DNA from: a virus
Taxonomy: Duplodnaviria > Caudoviricetes
DNA length: 29,553 nt
IMG/VR virus record: IMGVR_UViG_3300031707_000122
Coordinates: 1 to 29,553 of that record
Reading direction: 5' to 3' (one strand)
The notes under the pieces were generated by a model. It did not search any database. It had not been told where the DNA came from and saw nothing but the letters and a program-made list of their open reading frames with translations. A program made the translations under genes and the position numbers. Shown piece by piece: positions 17,652-25,405 of this stretch. Every line of letters begins with the position of its first letter. Within the stretch, counting starts at the first letter, position 1.

Positions 17652-17680
17652 TTTATACACCAGGAGTTATCAAATGTCAA
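17652..17680 (-). promoter_or_regulatory. Strong leftward sigma-70 (lytic) promoter
   Basis: TTGACA-17-TATAAA; overlaps the repressor RBS and ATG. Confidence 0.75.
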
Positions 17681-18381
17681 GTAAAAAATACGCCTATGAT
17701 GTAAAATTTTCAGAAATAATTCCACGTCTGATGAATTTGGTCAAGATTACAAAATATAAAGACCTTGCCCCGTTCTTCGATATTTCATCCCAAAGTCTTG
17801 GAAATTATAAAAAGAAAGACAAAATCGCCCCGGAGTGGATTTTTAGATTCGCCGAGAATGCCAAGATTTCGATAGATTCTTTATTGAAAAAACATGAACC
17901 TGATTTGGCGAACAGCCAACTATTGAGGAAAATAGATATGGGGAATAATACTGAGCACAACCGCAGAGTTGAGGATATTCATTATTGCCAGGTTCAAAAC
18001 CTGATCCGAGAGACAGGGACGGGCCTTCCCGAGATCGTCGCCGGCCATCCGATCGTAAAATTATTTCTTCATAAGGATTCCTTTCAGCGGGATTGCAACA
18101 TCTCCAGCCTTAAGTATATCGTGTTGAGCGAATCGAACATGGCCCCCACGGTCCCCGCCGGCAGCATCCTTGTTGTAGATCAAGAAGAAAAAGGGATAAC
18201 CGAATCCTTATACATTCTCAAGATCAACGATGTCTATCTCCTAAAAAGAATTCAGCCGTTGAATAATAATAAGGTGAGGGTAATTTCAGACAATCCCAAA
18301 TACGAGACCTTCACTATAGATCTGGATGAGATCGCGCCCATGATCTTTGGCCGGGTGATATGGATCGTCTTAAAGATCTGA
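17674..18381 (+). CDS. CI-like repressor (HTH + S24 peptidase-like domain)
   Basis: N-terminal HTH (DLAPFFDISSQSLGNYKK); MAPTV..GSILVVD, LKRIQ, ISDNPKYE, IFGRVIW; AGGAG RBS. Confidence 0.88.
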   Translation: MSSKKYAYDVKFSEIIPRLMNLVKITKYKDLAPFFDISSQSLGNYKKKDKIAPEWIFRFAENAKISIDSLLKKHEPDLANSQLLRKIDMGNNTEHNRRVEDIHYCQVQNLIRETGTGLPEIVAGHPIVKLFLHKDSFQRDCNISSLKYIVLSESNMAPTVPAGSILVVDQEEKGITESLYILKINDVYLLKRIQPLNNNKVRVISDNPKYETFTIDLDEIAPMIFGRVIWIVLKI

Positions 18382-18393
18382 TACACTTTTCGC

Positions 18394-18422
18394 TTGACAA
18401 AACTACATTTCTGATGTATATC
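18394..18422 (+). promoter_or_regulatory. Sigma-70 promoter for xis-int
   Basis: TTGACA-17-TATATC; ATG 18430 lies 7 nt after the -10 box. Confidence 0.65.
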
Positions 18423-18429
18423 TTTGCCC

Positions 18430-18765
18430 ATGATCCAAGAAAATTTGGGCAAAAGGCTTACCAGGCAAGAACTCTCATCTGTTCTCGGGCTGAATTACAG
18501 AACAATCTGTGACCACTATGAAGACCTAGGCGGAATTCGGATAGGTAATCGATACCTTTTCTTTGAAAAGAATGTAATCCATGCCATACAAAAGGGGATC
18601 AATGTGGGTGGGCGAGGTCCGGCGGGGACGGCAGAGGATTCAGAAGTTATTCGGGTCCAAGAGGAAGGCGCTGGATTGGGAGAAAGACCAAAAAGACATT
18701 CCCGCCGAAAACTGGAAGATCGCCACGGAATCTTCCTTGGGCGAAATGGCTCTCGACTATCTTGA
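18430..18765 (+). CDS. Excisionase-like HTH protein
   Basis: LTRQELSSVLGLNYRTI...GGIRIGNRYLF; directly upstream of and overlapping the integrase. Confidence 0.7.
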   Translation: MIQENLGKRLTRQELSSVLGLNYRTICDHYEDLGGIRIGNRYLFFEKNVIHAIQKGINVGGRGPAGTAEDSEVIRVQEEGAGLGERPKRHSRRKLEDRHGIFLGRNGSRLS

Positions 18766-19570
18766 TTATTCCAAATCAAAACATTCAGCAAAAACGTACC
18801 AGACTAAAAAATCAGTCTTTGGACGATTCTTCGTATATTCTGATCCGGATATTCCCCCAGATAAACTCCGCGCCGATCAAGTTTTCTTTTACTTACAGGA
18901 TCAGTTTAAAAAACGCTCGGGATATGCAGCAAACAAGGACCGTAAAAACCTACTTGCTTTTACCTCATGGCTCTGGCGATACAAAGAAATACGATCTACC
19001 GCTGTTTCCTCTTGCGAAAGATTCCCCGAAGAACGCAGCCCCCGTTATATCCCCCCGGAAGAAGATTTCTGGAAAGTCTACGGAGAGGCGCCAACTCAAG
19101 ATCAAGTAATGCTCCTCGCCTATCTGCATCTCGCGGCCAGGAGATCCGAACTCTTCCGGCTGAAGTGGGAGGATGTGGATTTTTCCCGCTCTCAAATCCG
19201 TCTGACCACCAGGAAAACCAAGGATGGCTCATGGAAGGCTCATTGGCTTCCCATGACCCCAAGACTCTCCAGCGCCCTCTTAGATCATCGGCAGGGCCAA
19301 GACGAAAAGAATGAGCTGGTCTTTTTAGATCCTCGCACAAACCTCCCTTATGTGAACCGATTACACCGGATGCACGATCTCTGCCAAAAAGCCGGAGTAA
19401 AGTTTTTCGGATTTCACGCGATAAGACATTTAACGGCTTCGCTCTTGGCCAAGGCAGGGGTGCCCATGATCACCATACAGCAAATCCTTCGCCACGAATC
19501 ATTGGCGACGACGGAGCGATACCTGCACAGCTTGGGGGATCTACGGCGAGCCTTGGAAAGTGTCTTTTGA
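18581..19570 (+). CDS. int: Tyrosine integrase
   Basis: AARRSELFRLKW, KTK, FHAIRH, LRH, TTERY catalytic set. Confidence 0.95.
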   Translation: MPYKRGSMWVGEVRRGRQRIQKLFGSKRKALDWEKDQKDIPAENWKIATESSLGEMALDYLDYSKSKHSAKTYQTKKSVFGRFFVYSDPDIPPDKLRADQVFFYLQDQFKKRSGYAANKDRKNLLAFTSWLWRYKEIRSTAVSSCERFPEERSPRYIPPEEDFWKVYGEAPTQDQVMLLAYLHLAARRSELFRLKWEDVDFSRSQIRLTTRKTKDGSWKAHWLPMTPRLSSALLDHRQGQDEKNELVFLDPRTNLPYVNRLHRMHDLCQKAGVKFFGFHAIRHLTASLLAKAGVPMITIQQILRHESLATTERYLHSLGDLRRALESVF

Positions 19571-19586
19571 GAAGGAGGTAGGAATT

Positions 19587-19916
19587 ATGAAAAGATCATT
19601 TTTGGTCTTGATTTTTATTCTAATCACTGCTGGCGTTGCCTCAGCTGAAGCTTTTGTTTTTATTTACAATGCCGAGACAGGCGATGGTTTCGTTTATACA
19701 AGCACAAGCCAACAGGGAAATGTTTTACTCGTATTTTACCCAACTTTTAATAAGGTATTCTCCTATTCGGTCAGAGGTCAAGAATTGTATTTCGCCGACG
19801 ATATGCTTAAATTCTTTTTGCAATACGGCATTGAGATTGATGCCTCGACTAGAAGTTATATCAAACGTTATCCTGGACGCACTATTATCAGTCCACTTGA
19901 TCCGCGTTTTAAATGA
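19587..19916 (+). CDS. Exported protein with signal peptide
   Basis: AGGAGGT RBS; MKRSFLVLIFILITAGVASA/EA. Confidence 0.75.
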   Translation: MKRSFLVLIFILITAGVASAEAFVFIYNAETGDGFVYTSTSQQGNVLLVFYPTFNKVFSYSVRGQELYFADDMLKFFLQYGIEIDASTRSYIKRYPGRTIISPLDPRFK

Positions 19917-20115
19917 AGGCTCATTTGAAGGCTTTTTCCTACCGAAGGCTGCACTAAAGACCATAATTTAGGGCAAAATCATTAAGGCATTTTGCTTTAA
20001 CTGACCTATTGGGGCGGCAGCTACATGCCAACTACTCTTCATCACCCTAATAAATTCAATATCTTACAGATTGGATATGATAACCGGAAAGATTTTGAAG
20101 GCTCCCCTGAAGGCT
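19914..20115. repeat. attP-like region with integrase arm-type repeats
   Basis: TGAAGGCT at 19914, 19926, 20096 and 20108; CGAAGGCT at 19943; IHF-like ATTCAATATCTTA at 20054-20066. Confidence 0.65.
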
Positions 20116-20164
20116 TTAATTTCCAGGTTCGTATGCGCGCCGCGATTTTCCTATTTGATTAGTC

Positions 20165-20761
20165 TTATATTTCATCGAATAATTTTGGCTGACGCAATTT
20201 CCCTTTTTCACCTATCACTTTTCCCTGCAAAAGCCTGAGATCAACAACTGCCCCATATTCAATGAACACATCACGGAATCTATCAATATCCTTGTTCCAA
20301 TAGATCATGGCGCATGACATTGGTGCACCCTTACCTTCGTCCTTCCCCTCAACGAGAAAACGGAGTCTCGTATCGTACAGAAAGCATACAGCGCTTGCCC
20401 GTCCCCACACATATTCCTTCCAATGGCTGGTGTTGGTTGCAACAGGCACTAAAGCAAGAACTTGCGATCCATAATTCTTGTGGGCATGGGCACACTTATA
20501 AAGCCAATGTTTTATTGTCGTTCTATTCTCTTTGTCAGAGCCATAAGGTGGATTCACATAGATCGTAGGATAATTCCATGATTCCTTGAGTCCATTTTTT
20601 TCTGGTAGGCGGTATTCTGTCTTAGCATGGACAACAGACCACTCATTCGAGCATGGGTCAAGAAATATTTTACCGCCAAAGACTCTTCTGACTGCGTTCA
20701 CATACTTAGGAGGCGTACACCAGTTGACACTCTGCGAATTAACTGTCCTTCCCGCCGTCAT
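20165..20761 (-). CDS. DNA N6-adenine methyltransferase (phage Dam-like)
   Basis: WCTPP, LDPCS, NPPYG, LVPVATNT..W motifs. Confidence 0.88.
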   Translation of the reverse strand: MTAGRTVNSQSVNWCTPPKYVNAVRRVFGGKIFLDPCSNEWSVVHAKTEYRLPEKNGLKESWNYPTIYVNPPYGSDKENRTTIKHWLYKCAHAHKNYGSQVLALVPVATNTSHWKEYVWGRASAVCFLYDTRLRFLVEGKDEGKGAPMSCAMIYWNKDIDRFRDVFIEYGAVVDLRLLQGKVIGEKGKLRQPKLFDEI

Positions 20762-21900
20762 GAGTGTATCTCCTGCCAGTTCTTTCCTTTCAAAGTGTCA
20801 AGTTCTTCCTTAAGAACAGCAAGCTGTTTCCCTGCTGGGGCGATGATGTTGAACCATCCTTCGATCACCTTCATGTGCGACTTGAAATAGGACTGGAGAG
20901 CGGCATCAGCGGCAAGGGCAATCTGAACCTTTGTGAACTGATTGACTCCCTTCTCGCCTGTGTAGCTCGCCAGAAATGCCTCTTTCGCTGCCGTCAGTTC
21001 CCTTGCTGGATGGAACAACAACTCGTCAATAAACTGTGCAATTCCCGCATCGGTCAGAAAAAGAAGCCAGTCATAGGATTGAGCGAGAACCTTCAGTTCC
21101 TTGTTGTGATTTTCGGACGTGAACCAATTGCCGTGATTACTGACAACTCCTACCGTTAGAATAAAACGCGACAGAAGTTCCGAATCATCAGATGCGATAA
21201 TTTCAGCCATCAGCTTGTAGTAGTCGTCAAGTCGGAACGATCCGTCACGCTTCTGAATCAGGCCGCCCATACTGCCATTGGTCAACCTTATCTTCTGTAA
21301 CGCGGACACTGTCCGAGCAACATAGGCTCCTTGCTTCGCCTTTTCGATTGTCTGTGGACCTTTCCGCATTCCTTCTTCGACCCCCACCCGCTTGCACTCA
21401 AAAATCGCGAATGGGCGACATCGAAGAATCACAACAGAATACTGTCCTTTGTCCTTTTCGAGTTGGTCGAGATACGCATTTATGAAGGTTGCGCCAAGAT
21501 CGCAGACGGTGCATGAGTTCCGAAGAATCAAGTCCTTGCTCAACAAAGCGTGCGACTTCATCGAACCAGCGGAGATTTCAATCTCGGCAAACTGTTGATT
21601 TTTGGAAATCTTCCTTGCTGTGATGGGAAGTTCATCTCGGCCAAACTCCGCTGTCATCAGATGGGTTGAGGGATGAAGACTGTACTCAACATTGTGGGTA
21701 ATATCATCTTTACCGAACTCAGGTAGCGGTTTCTCTATCGCAATATTTTTTTCAAACCCCCATGATTTGAGGGCGTAGAACGTGATAATCTCGACAAGGG
21801 TGCCGAGCGCACGCCCCGCAGCTTTCTTGGAGTCTTTGGCGTAGTGGAACACCTTCTCGGTGAGAACCTTCTGGAGTTGGTCAACTGATGGGTATGACAT
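20758..21900 (-). CDS. Putative restriction endonuclease (PD-(D/E)xK-like)
   Basis: GRALGTLVE and IFECKRVG; ATGA-coupled to the MTase. Start could also be 21927. Confidence 0.55.
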   Translation of the reverse strand: MSYPSVDQLQKVLTEKVFHYAKDSKKAAGRALGTLVEIITFYALKSWGFEKNIAIEKPLPEFGKDDITHNVEYSLHPSTHLMTAEFGRDELPITARKISKNQQFAEIEISAGSMKSHALLSKDLILRNSCTVCDLGATFINAYLDQLEKDKGQYSVVILRCRPFAIFECKRVGVEEGMRKGPQTIEKAKQGAYVARTVSALQKIRLTNGSMGGLIQKRDGSFRLDDYYKLMAEIIASDDSELLSRFILTVGVVSNHGNWFTSENHNKELKVLAQSYDWLLFLTDAGIAQFIDELLFHPARELTAAKEAFLASYTGEKGVNQFTKVQIALAADAALQSYFKSHMKVIEGWFNIIAPAGKQLAVLKEELDTLKGKNWQEIHS

Positions 21901-22077
21901 TCTCCGTTTTCCCTTTCTGGTCTTCATATTCTTTATTTCTTTATGGCTAAATTGGAAGGAATTGTCAAGGCTAATTTAGGGCTTCGTATGTGAGGCGAGC
22001 TTCGTATTTGAGACGTGATTGCCGGGCGGGCCATCCGGCGCATCCAGGGTGTCCCGGGCGCGTTGGGTGCGGTGCGC

Positions 22078-22116
22078 AAAAAAACCCGAGGGCTGCTTTT
22101 TGGGCCTCCCCCGGGT
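22078..22116 (-). terminator. Intrinsic terminator of the sigma-54 operon
   Basis: ACCCGGGGG/CCCUCGGGU stem followed by a U-run, just after the stop at 22154. Confidence 0.65.
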
Positions 22117-22153
22117 GCGTTCCTAAGTTCTATTCGGTTGTCTGATTACCTTT

Positions 22154-22444
22154 TCACTTCTTTGGCTTCTCCTTTCTTCCGCTCTTTATGACCTGCAAGG
22201 GGGCGTCTTCCTCAGTGTGCAGGATGATGGCGGGCTTTATTCCTCCCTTCAGGATAAGTTTACCTGGATGTTGCGGGCCTTCCTTTCCGAGAAACATAAA
22301 GTCAACTTCTTTCTGGTTTTCTCTCGGGCTGCGCTTAGTCGATATTACTATAGGTCTCATCCCCATCCTTTCCGGTTTCCCGAGTCTGATTAAACCTCTC
22401 TTTTGTTTGGCCAGGGCGATTTTTCTTAGACGCTGATAGCTCAA
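22154..22444 (-). CDS. Basic hypothetical protein
   Basis: TTG start abuts the upstream stop; GAGGA RBS. Confidence 0.55.
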   Translation of the reverse strand: MSYQRLRKIALAKQKRGLIRLGKPERMGMRPIVISTKRSPRENQKEVDFMFLGKEGPQHPGKLILKGGIKPAIILHTEEDAPLQVIKSGRKEKPKK

Positions 22445-22843
22445 TCAATCCTCTTCGGGTAACATAATTGTTATGACTGGCTCTTGCTCATCTCCACTAT
22501 GGCACAGCGATTTGAGCCGGTGGACGTGCTTCCCAAATTTCACGCTAAAAAAGATCAGGTCAGCCGGGCCTTGCTTCCCTTTAATAGCAAAATGCATCAT
22601 ATTGAACATATCGCGGGCGCGGCCTTTCTCGCTCTGTCCTATGTTCCTGGAGTGGTCCGAAGGCTCCAGTAAGGCATATACGGCGGCGGTCACTGCTACC
22701 GGGTATTTAAACCCGGCTTCCCTTGCCCACTCGCTCACGTCAACCAGGCATCCGTCCTCCATAGCCTGGGCGCGGGTGTAAACGCTTATTACCTCAAAGG
22801 GTTCCCCATACAGCGTTACGGTATTACCTTCTTTCGTGGCCAT
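22445..22843 (-). CDS. DUF6573-like protein
   Basis: YTRAQAMEDG.LVDV...AREAGFKYPVAVT...EPVITIMLPEED. Confidence 0.8.
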   Translation of the reverse strand: MATKEGNTVTLYGEPFEVISVYTRAQAMEDGCLVDVSEWAREAGFKYPVAVTAAVYALLEPSDHSRNIGQSEKGRARDMFNMMHFAIKGKQGPADLIFFSVKFGKHVHRLKSLCHSGDEQEPVITIMLPEED

Positions 22844-22847
22844 GGTT

Positions 22848-23123
22848 CTATTCCCCTCCTTCCAGTTCTTTGGGTTCTAAGATCTGATAGGAATTCCCTA
22901 TAGGGAAAGGGTCTCTTTTTTCCATCCTGTCAACACTTTCCTTTGCTTCTCGCTCGGTCTTAAACCACCCCGAAGAAAGAATAGTTTTCTCGTCTGCATG
23001 GTAAAAAGTTAAGTGCCATTTCATGTATTTATTGTACTTGGATGTTTCCCTAACGATGCGATAAGGGGCCAGGGTTCTATATAGGGATTTGCCTAAATAG
23101 CCTTCTCTTTCTAAGTTTGGCAT
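22848..23123 (-). CDS. Hypothetical protein
   Basis: AAGGAGG RBS; overlaps the upstream gene. Confidence 0.7.
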   Translation of the reverse strand: MPNLEREGYLGKSLYRTLAPYRIVRETSKYNKYMKWHLTFYHADEKTILSSGWFKTEREAKESVDRMEKRDPFPIGNSYQILEPKELEGGE

Positions 23124-23341
23124 CTATTCCCCTCCTTGGTTTCGTTTCCTTCCCATGGCTCGACCTTGTAAACCGTAAGCCATAGCGTGGCGATTATATA
23201 GCCTATATATTTTGATCTCCCCCCCTTAGTATCTACATACATTTTTTGGCCGTGTTTCCTCCCCAACTGCTCCATAAGATCTTTTCGGGGGTGCTTCAGG
23301 CCATGGAAGGTCTGTCCGTATTGGTCGATGGCCATAAACAT
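23111..23341 (-). CDS. Small phage protein
   Basis: AIDQYGQT...HPRKDL...KMYVD...IGYII; AAGGAGG RBS. Confidence 0.75.
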   Translation of the reverse strand: MFMAIDQYGQTFHGLKHPRKDLMEQLGRKHGQKMYVDTKGGRSKYIGYIIATLWLTVYKVEPWEGNETKEGNRCQT

Positions 23342-23377
23342 TTTATTCCCCTCCTTCTTGCTTTTATTTTTTGGTTC

Positions 23378-24283
23378 TTAACTCAGGTCAAGGCTTCTCT
23401 TATACTGTCCGGTTACTTCGCTCACGTCATTCAGGTTCATGGCTTGCTTGGCTATCTCATGGGCAACATTCCCAAGCTCCCGTCTCAAGGTCTCATTGTC
23501 TCTTAAGTCTTTGGCAATTTCCTTCGAGTCGTGGCCGTTCATGTGTTTCCTAAGTTCGGCCAGCTTTTCGTCTATGCTATGGTCCCCGATAAAGTTCAAC
23601 TCCTGGAAGTGCTCTATGGTTTCCTTTACGCTCTTGATGGTGTTGGCAGTGACTACCTCCCCATTGATAATCCGCGTTGATAATTTCTCACAGCTTTCGG
23701 CTACGGTGGCTCGCATGTCAATAACTACGTCTTCCAAGAATAAATCAAACTTCTCTTGAAGTTCTCTTTTAAAGCGCTCATAAGCTTCAATTACTTCCTG
23801 GCTTGTAGTCTCGTTCATTTTGGTATCTGTGATCTCGAAGATTGCCCAAGTAAAACTAAACTTCCTCTCAATGACATTGCGGGCCGGGTAGTATGGTTCC
23901 AGCTTGTCGGCGTAAAGCGGGTAGTTCTGAAGCATTTCCCTTTTTATTTGTTCATAGCGGTCCAGGAAACTTAAGACGGTGCTTTGAAATAATGCCTTGT
24001 ACTGCTCCAAGTGGGCCGCGGTATCAACGAGCCTGTCTCGGGGAACAAAGCGGGCGCCACCTACCGGGAAAGGGAAACTCCAGCGGTCTAGGAAGTTCCT
24101 CGCATTGTTTTCAACCTGCGTGAAGCTATTCCTTTCATTCTCGGGGATAAGTAATTTCTTTCCGAGTCTCATAAAGTCCGGTATGTCCTCGGGGCTCAAT
24201 CCCAAATCAGAGGGCTCCAGCTTCTTGGCTCCGCTCCATTTTGACACATTGAGTGTCAGCAAAACTCCATCCTTAAAATTCAT
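23378..24283 (-). CDS. DUF3150-like protein
   Basis: LNVSKWSGAKKL..DLG...LGKKLLI...FPFPVGGARFVP; long helical C-terminus; AAGGAGGT RBS. Confidence 0.7.
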   Translation of the reverse strand: MNFKDGVLLTLNVSKWSGAKKLEPSDLGLSPEDIPDFMRLGKKLLIPENERNSFTQVENNARNFLDRWSFPFPVGGARFVPRDRLVDTAAHLEQYKALFQSTVLSFLDRYEQIKREMLQNYPLYADKLEPYYPARNVIERKFSFTWAIFEITDTKMNETTSQEVIEAYERFKRELQEKFDLFLEDVVIDMRATVAESCEKLSTRIINGEVVTANTIKSVKETIEHFQELNFIGDHSIDEKLAELRKHMNGHDSKEIAKDLRDNETLRRELGNVAHEIAKQAMNLNDVSEVTGQYKRSLDLS

Positions 24284-24290
24284 AATTCTT

Positions 24291-24470
24291 TTACCTCCTT
24301 TCGTTTTTGATGTTGTGTAGCCTATTCATAACGGCGATAGCTCCAATTTTGTAAACCGTTATGCAAATTAATTCTTCTTTTTCATATAGGGCATAGAATC
24401 TTGAATCATGAGGTTTGATTATAAAATTCCCCAAAAATTCAGTTTTTCGCATCCGCCTTTCTCCAACCAT
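24291..24470 (-). CDS. Small protein, 59 aa (not in ORF track; alternative start 24452)
   Basis: Hand-translated ...SRFYALYEKEELICITVYKIGAIAVMNRL...; fills the gap exactly. Confidence 0.7.
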   Translation of the reverse strand: MVGERRMRKTEFLGNFIIKPHDSRFYALYEKEELICITVYKIGAIAVMNRLHNIKNERR

Positions 24471-24479
24471 TTTCCCCCC

Positions 24480-24659
24480 TTATCCGCACCACTGATTCCC
24501 AGCGGTACAGTCAATAGGCTTGTCTTTGCTTCTCCATCCTGGGCAGTCCTCGCACAATGCGCAAAGTAAATCCCCCGTTTCTTCATCCCACCAGTCAGAG
24601 ATTAAATGACCAGTCGGGCCAATAGAAATAATGATGGGGTGAGGGTCAGCGGCCTCCAT
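24480..24659 (-). CDS. Cys-rich 59 aa protein ending WCG (not in ORF track)
   Basis: MEAADPHPIIISIGPTGHLISDWWDEETGDLLCALCEDCPGWRSKDKPIDCTAGNQWCG; overlaps the end of DUF2997. Confidence 0.7.
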   Translation of the reverse strand: MEAADPHPIIISIGPTGHLISDWWDEETGDLLCALCEDCPGWRSKDKPIDCTAGNQWCG

Positions 24660-24846
24660 TGGTGTTTACCCTTACCCTTTCCTCCAGGGCTTCCACATAA
24701 TATTCCCCGGTTCTTTTGATCTCGGTGGTATTGCCGAGGGCCTCTTCAATGAATTTGGAAACATCCAGGCATCCTTTGCCCTTTACTCCCTTAGTCTCTA
24801 CCGTCACGTTTCCGGCTTGGTCGATGTTTAAGATGATCTTTTCCAA
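24646..24846 (-). CDS. DUF2997 family protein
   Basis: IDQAGNVTVETKGVKGKGC...IEEALG...TGEYY. Confidence 0.88.
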   Translation of the reverse strand: MEKIILNIDQAGNVTVETKGVKGKGCLDVSKFIEEALGNTTEIKRTGEYYVEALEERVRVNTNGGR

Positions 24847-24847
24847 G

Positions 24848-25237
24848 TTATTCTCCTCCCCTACTCATGGTTAGTTGGATGTTGCGTCCATCCTCCGTTA
24901 CTTTCTCGTACACGCTAAAGCCTTTCCGGCGGGCCTGGATCTTGGCTTGCTCTACAGCATAGGCTTGTTTGAGAAGTCCTGCATTCTGCCCTAATTTTGA
25001 AACTAAGCCTCCGCTTGACCAGGAATCCCATTGAAGGGAGAATTCCCCCTCGCTCTCCAAGAGTCCCACTTCAAATTTAGCACCAGGGATACTGATGGCA
25101 TGGGAGCACTTGTTTTCCCCATAGTAGGCGCGGAAGGTCTTTTGTCCTTCCATGAATTTACAACCCAAGCGCTCGCACGCTGCCTTGAGTGCTTGAAGGC
25201 TTTTGATCTTCAATTCTATTTGTGACACGTGGCTCAT
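24848..25237 (-). CDS. DUF1257 (Ycf35-like) family protein
   Basis: MSHVSQI...ALKAACERLG...FEVG...WDSW...LKQAYA...ARRKGF. Confidence 0.88.
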   Translation of the reverse strand: MSHVSQIELKIKSLQALKAACERLGCKFMEGQKTFRAYYGENKCSHAISIPGAKFEVGLLESEGEFSLQWDSWSSGGLVSKLGQNAGLLKQAYAVEQAKIQARRKGFSVYEKVTEDGRNIQLTMSRGGE

Positions 25238-25404
25238 ATCTTTTTTTTCCTTTCTTTTAGGAATTTTTCAAAGGCTACCGCGTTGGTAAAAAGCGATCTT
25301 GCGCAACGAGGGCAAAAGAACTTTACCTCTTCTGCATCGGTTCTAAAGGAAAAGGCAATATTGGATCTTGTGATTTTTTCTTGACAGTATGGGCATGACG
25401 GCAT
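25234..25404 (-). CDS. Zn-ribbon protein, 56 aa (not in ORF track)
   Basis: MPSCPYCQ...FFCPRCAR...; AGGAGGAG RBS; ATGA-coupled to DUF1257. Confidence 0.7.
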   Translation of the reverse strand: MPSCPYCQEKITRSNIAFSFRTDAEEVKFFCPRCARSLFTNAVAFEKFLKERKKKI

Positions 25405-25405
25405 T

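Noticed and set aside
21940-21968. Promoter for the nuclease-MTase cassette (TTGACA-17-CATAAA, minus strand)
   Set aside because: The -10 box is weak; plausible but not supportable from sequence alone.
24327-24363. Inverted repeat CATAACGG/CCGTTATG as an operator or degenerate sigma-54 site
   Set aside because: It lies inside the credible 24291-24470 ORF and lacks the invariant GG/GC bases.
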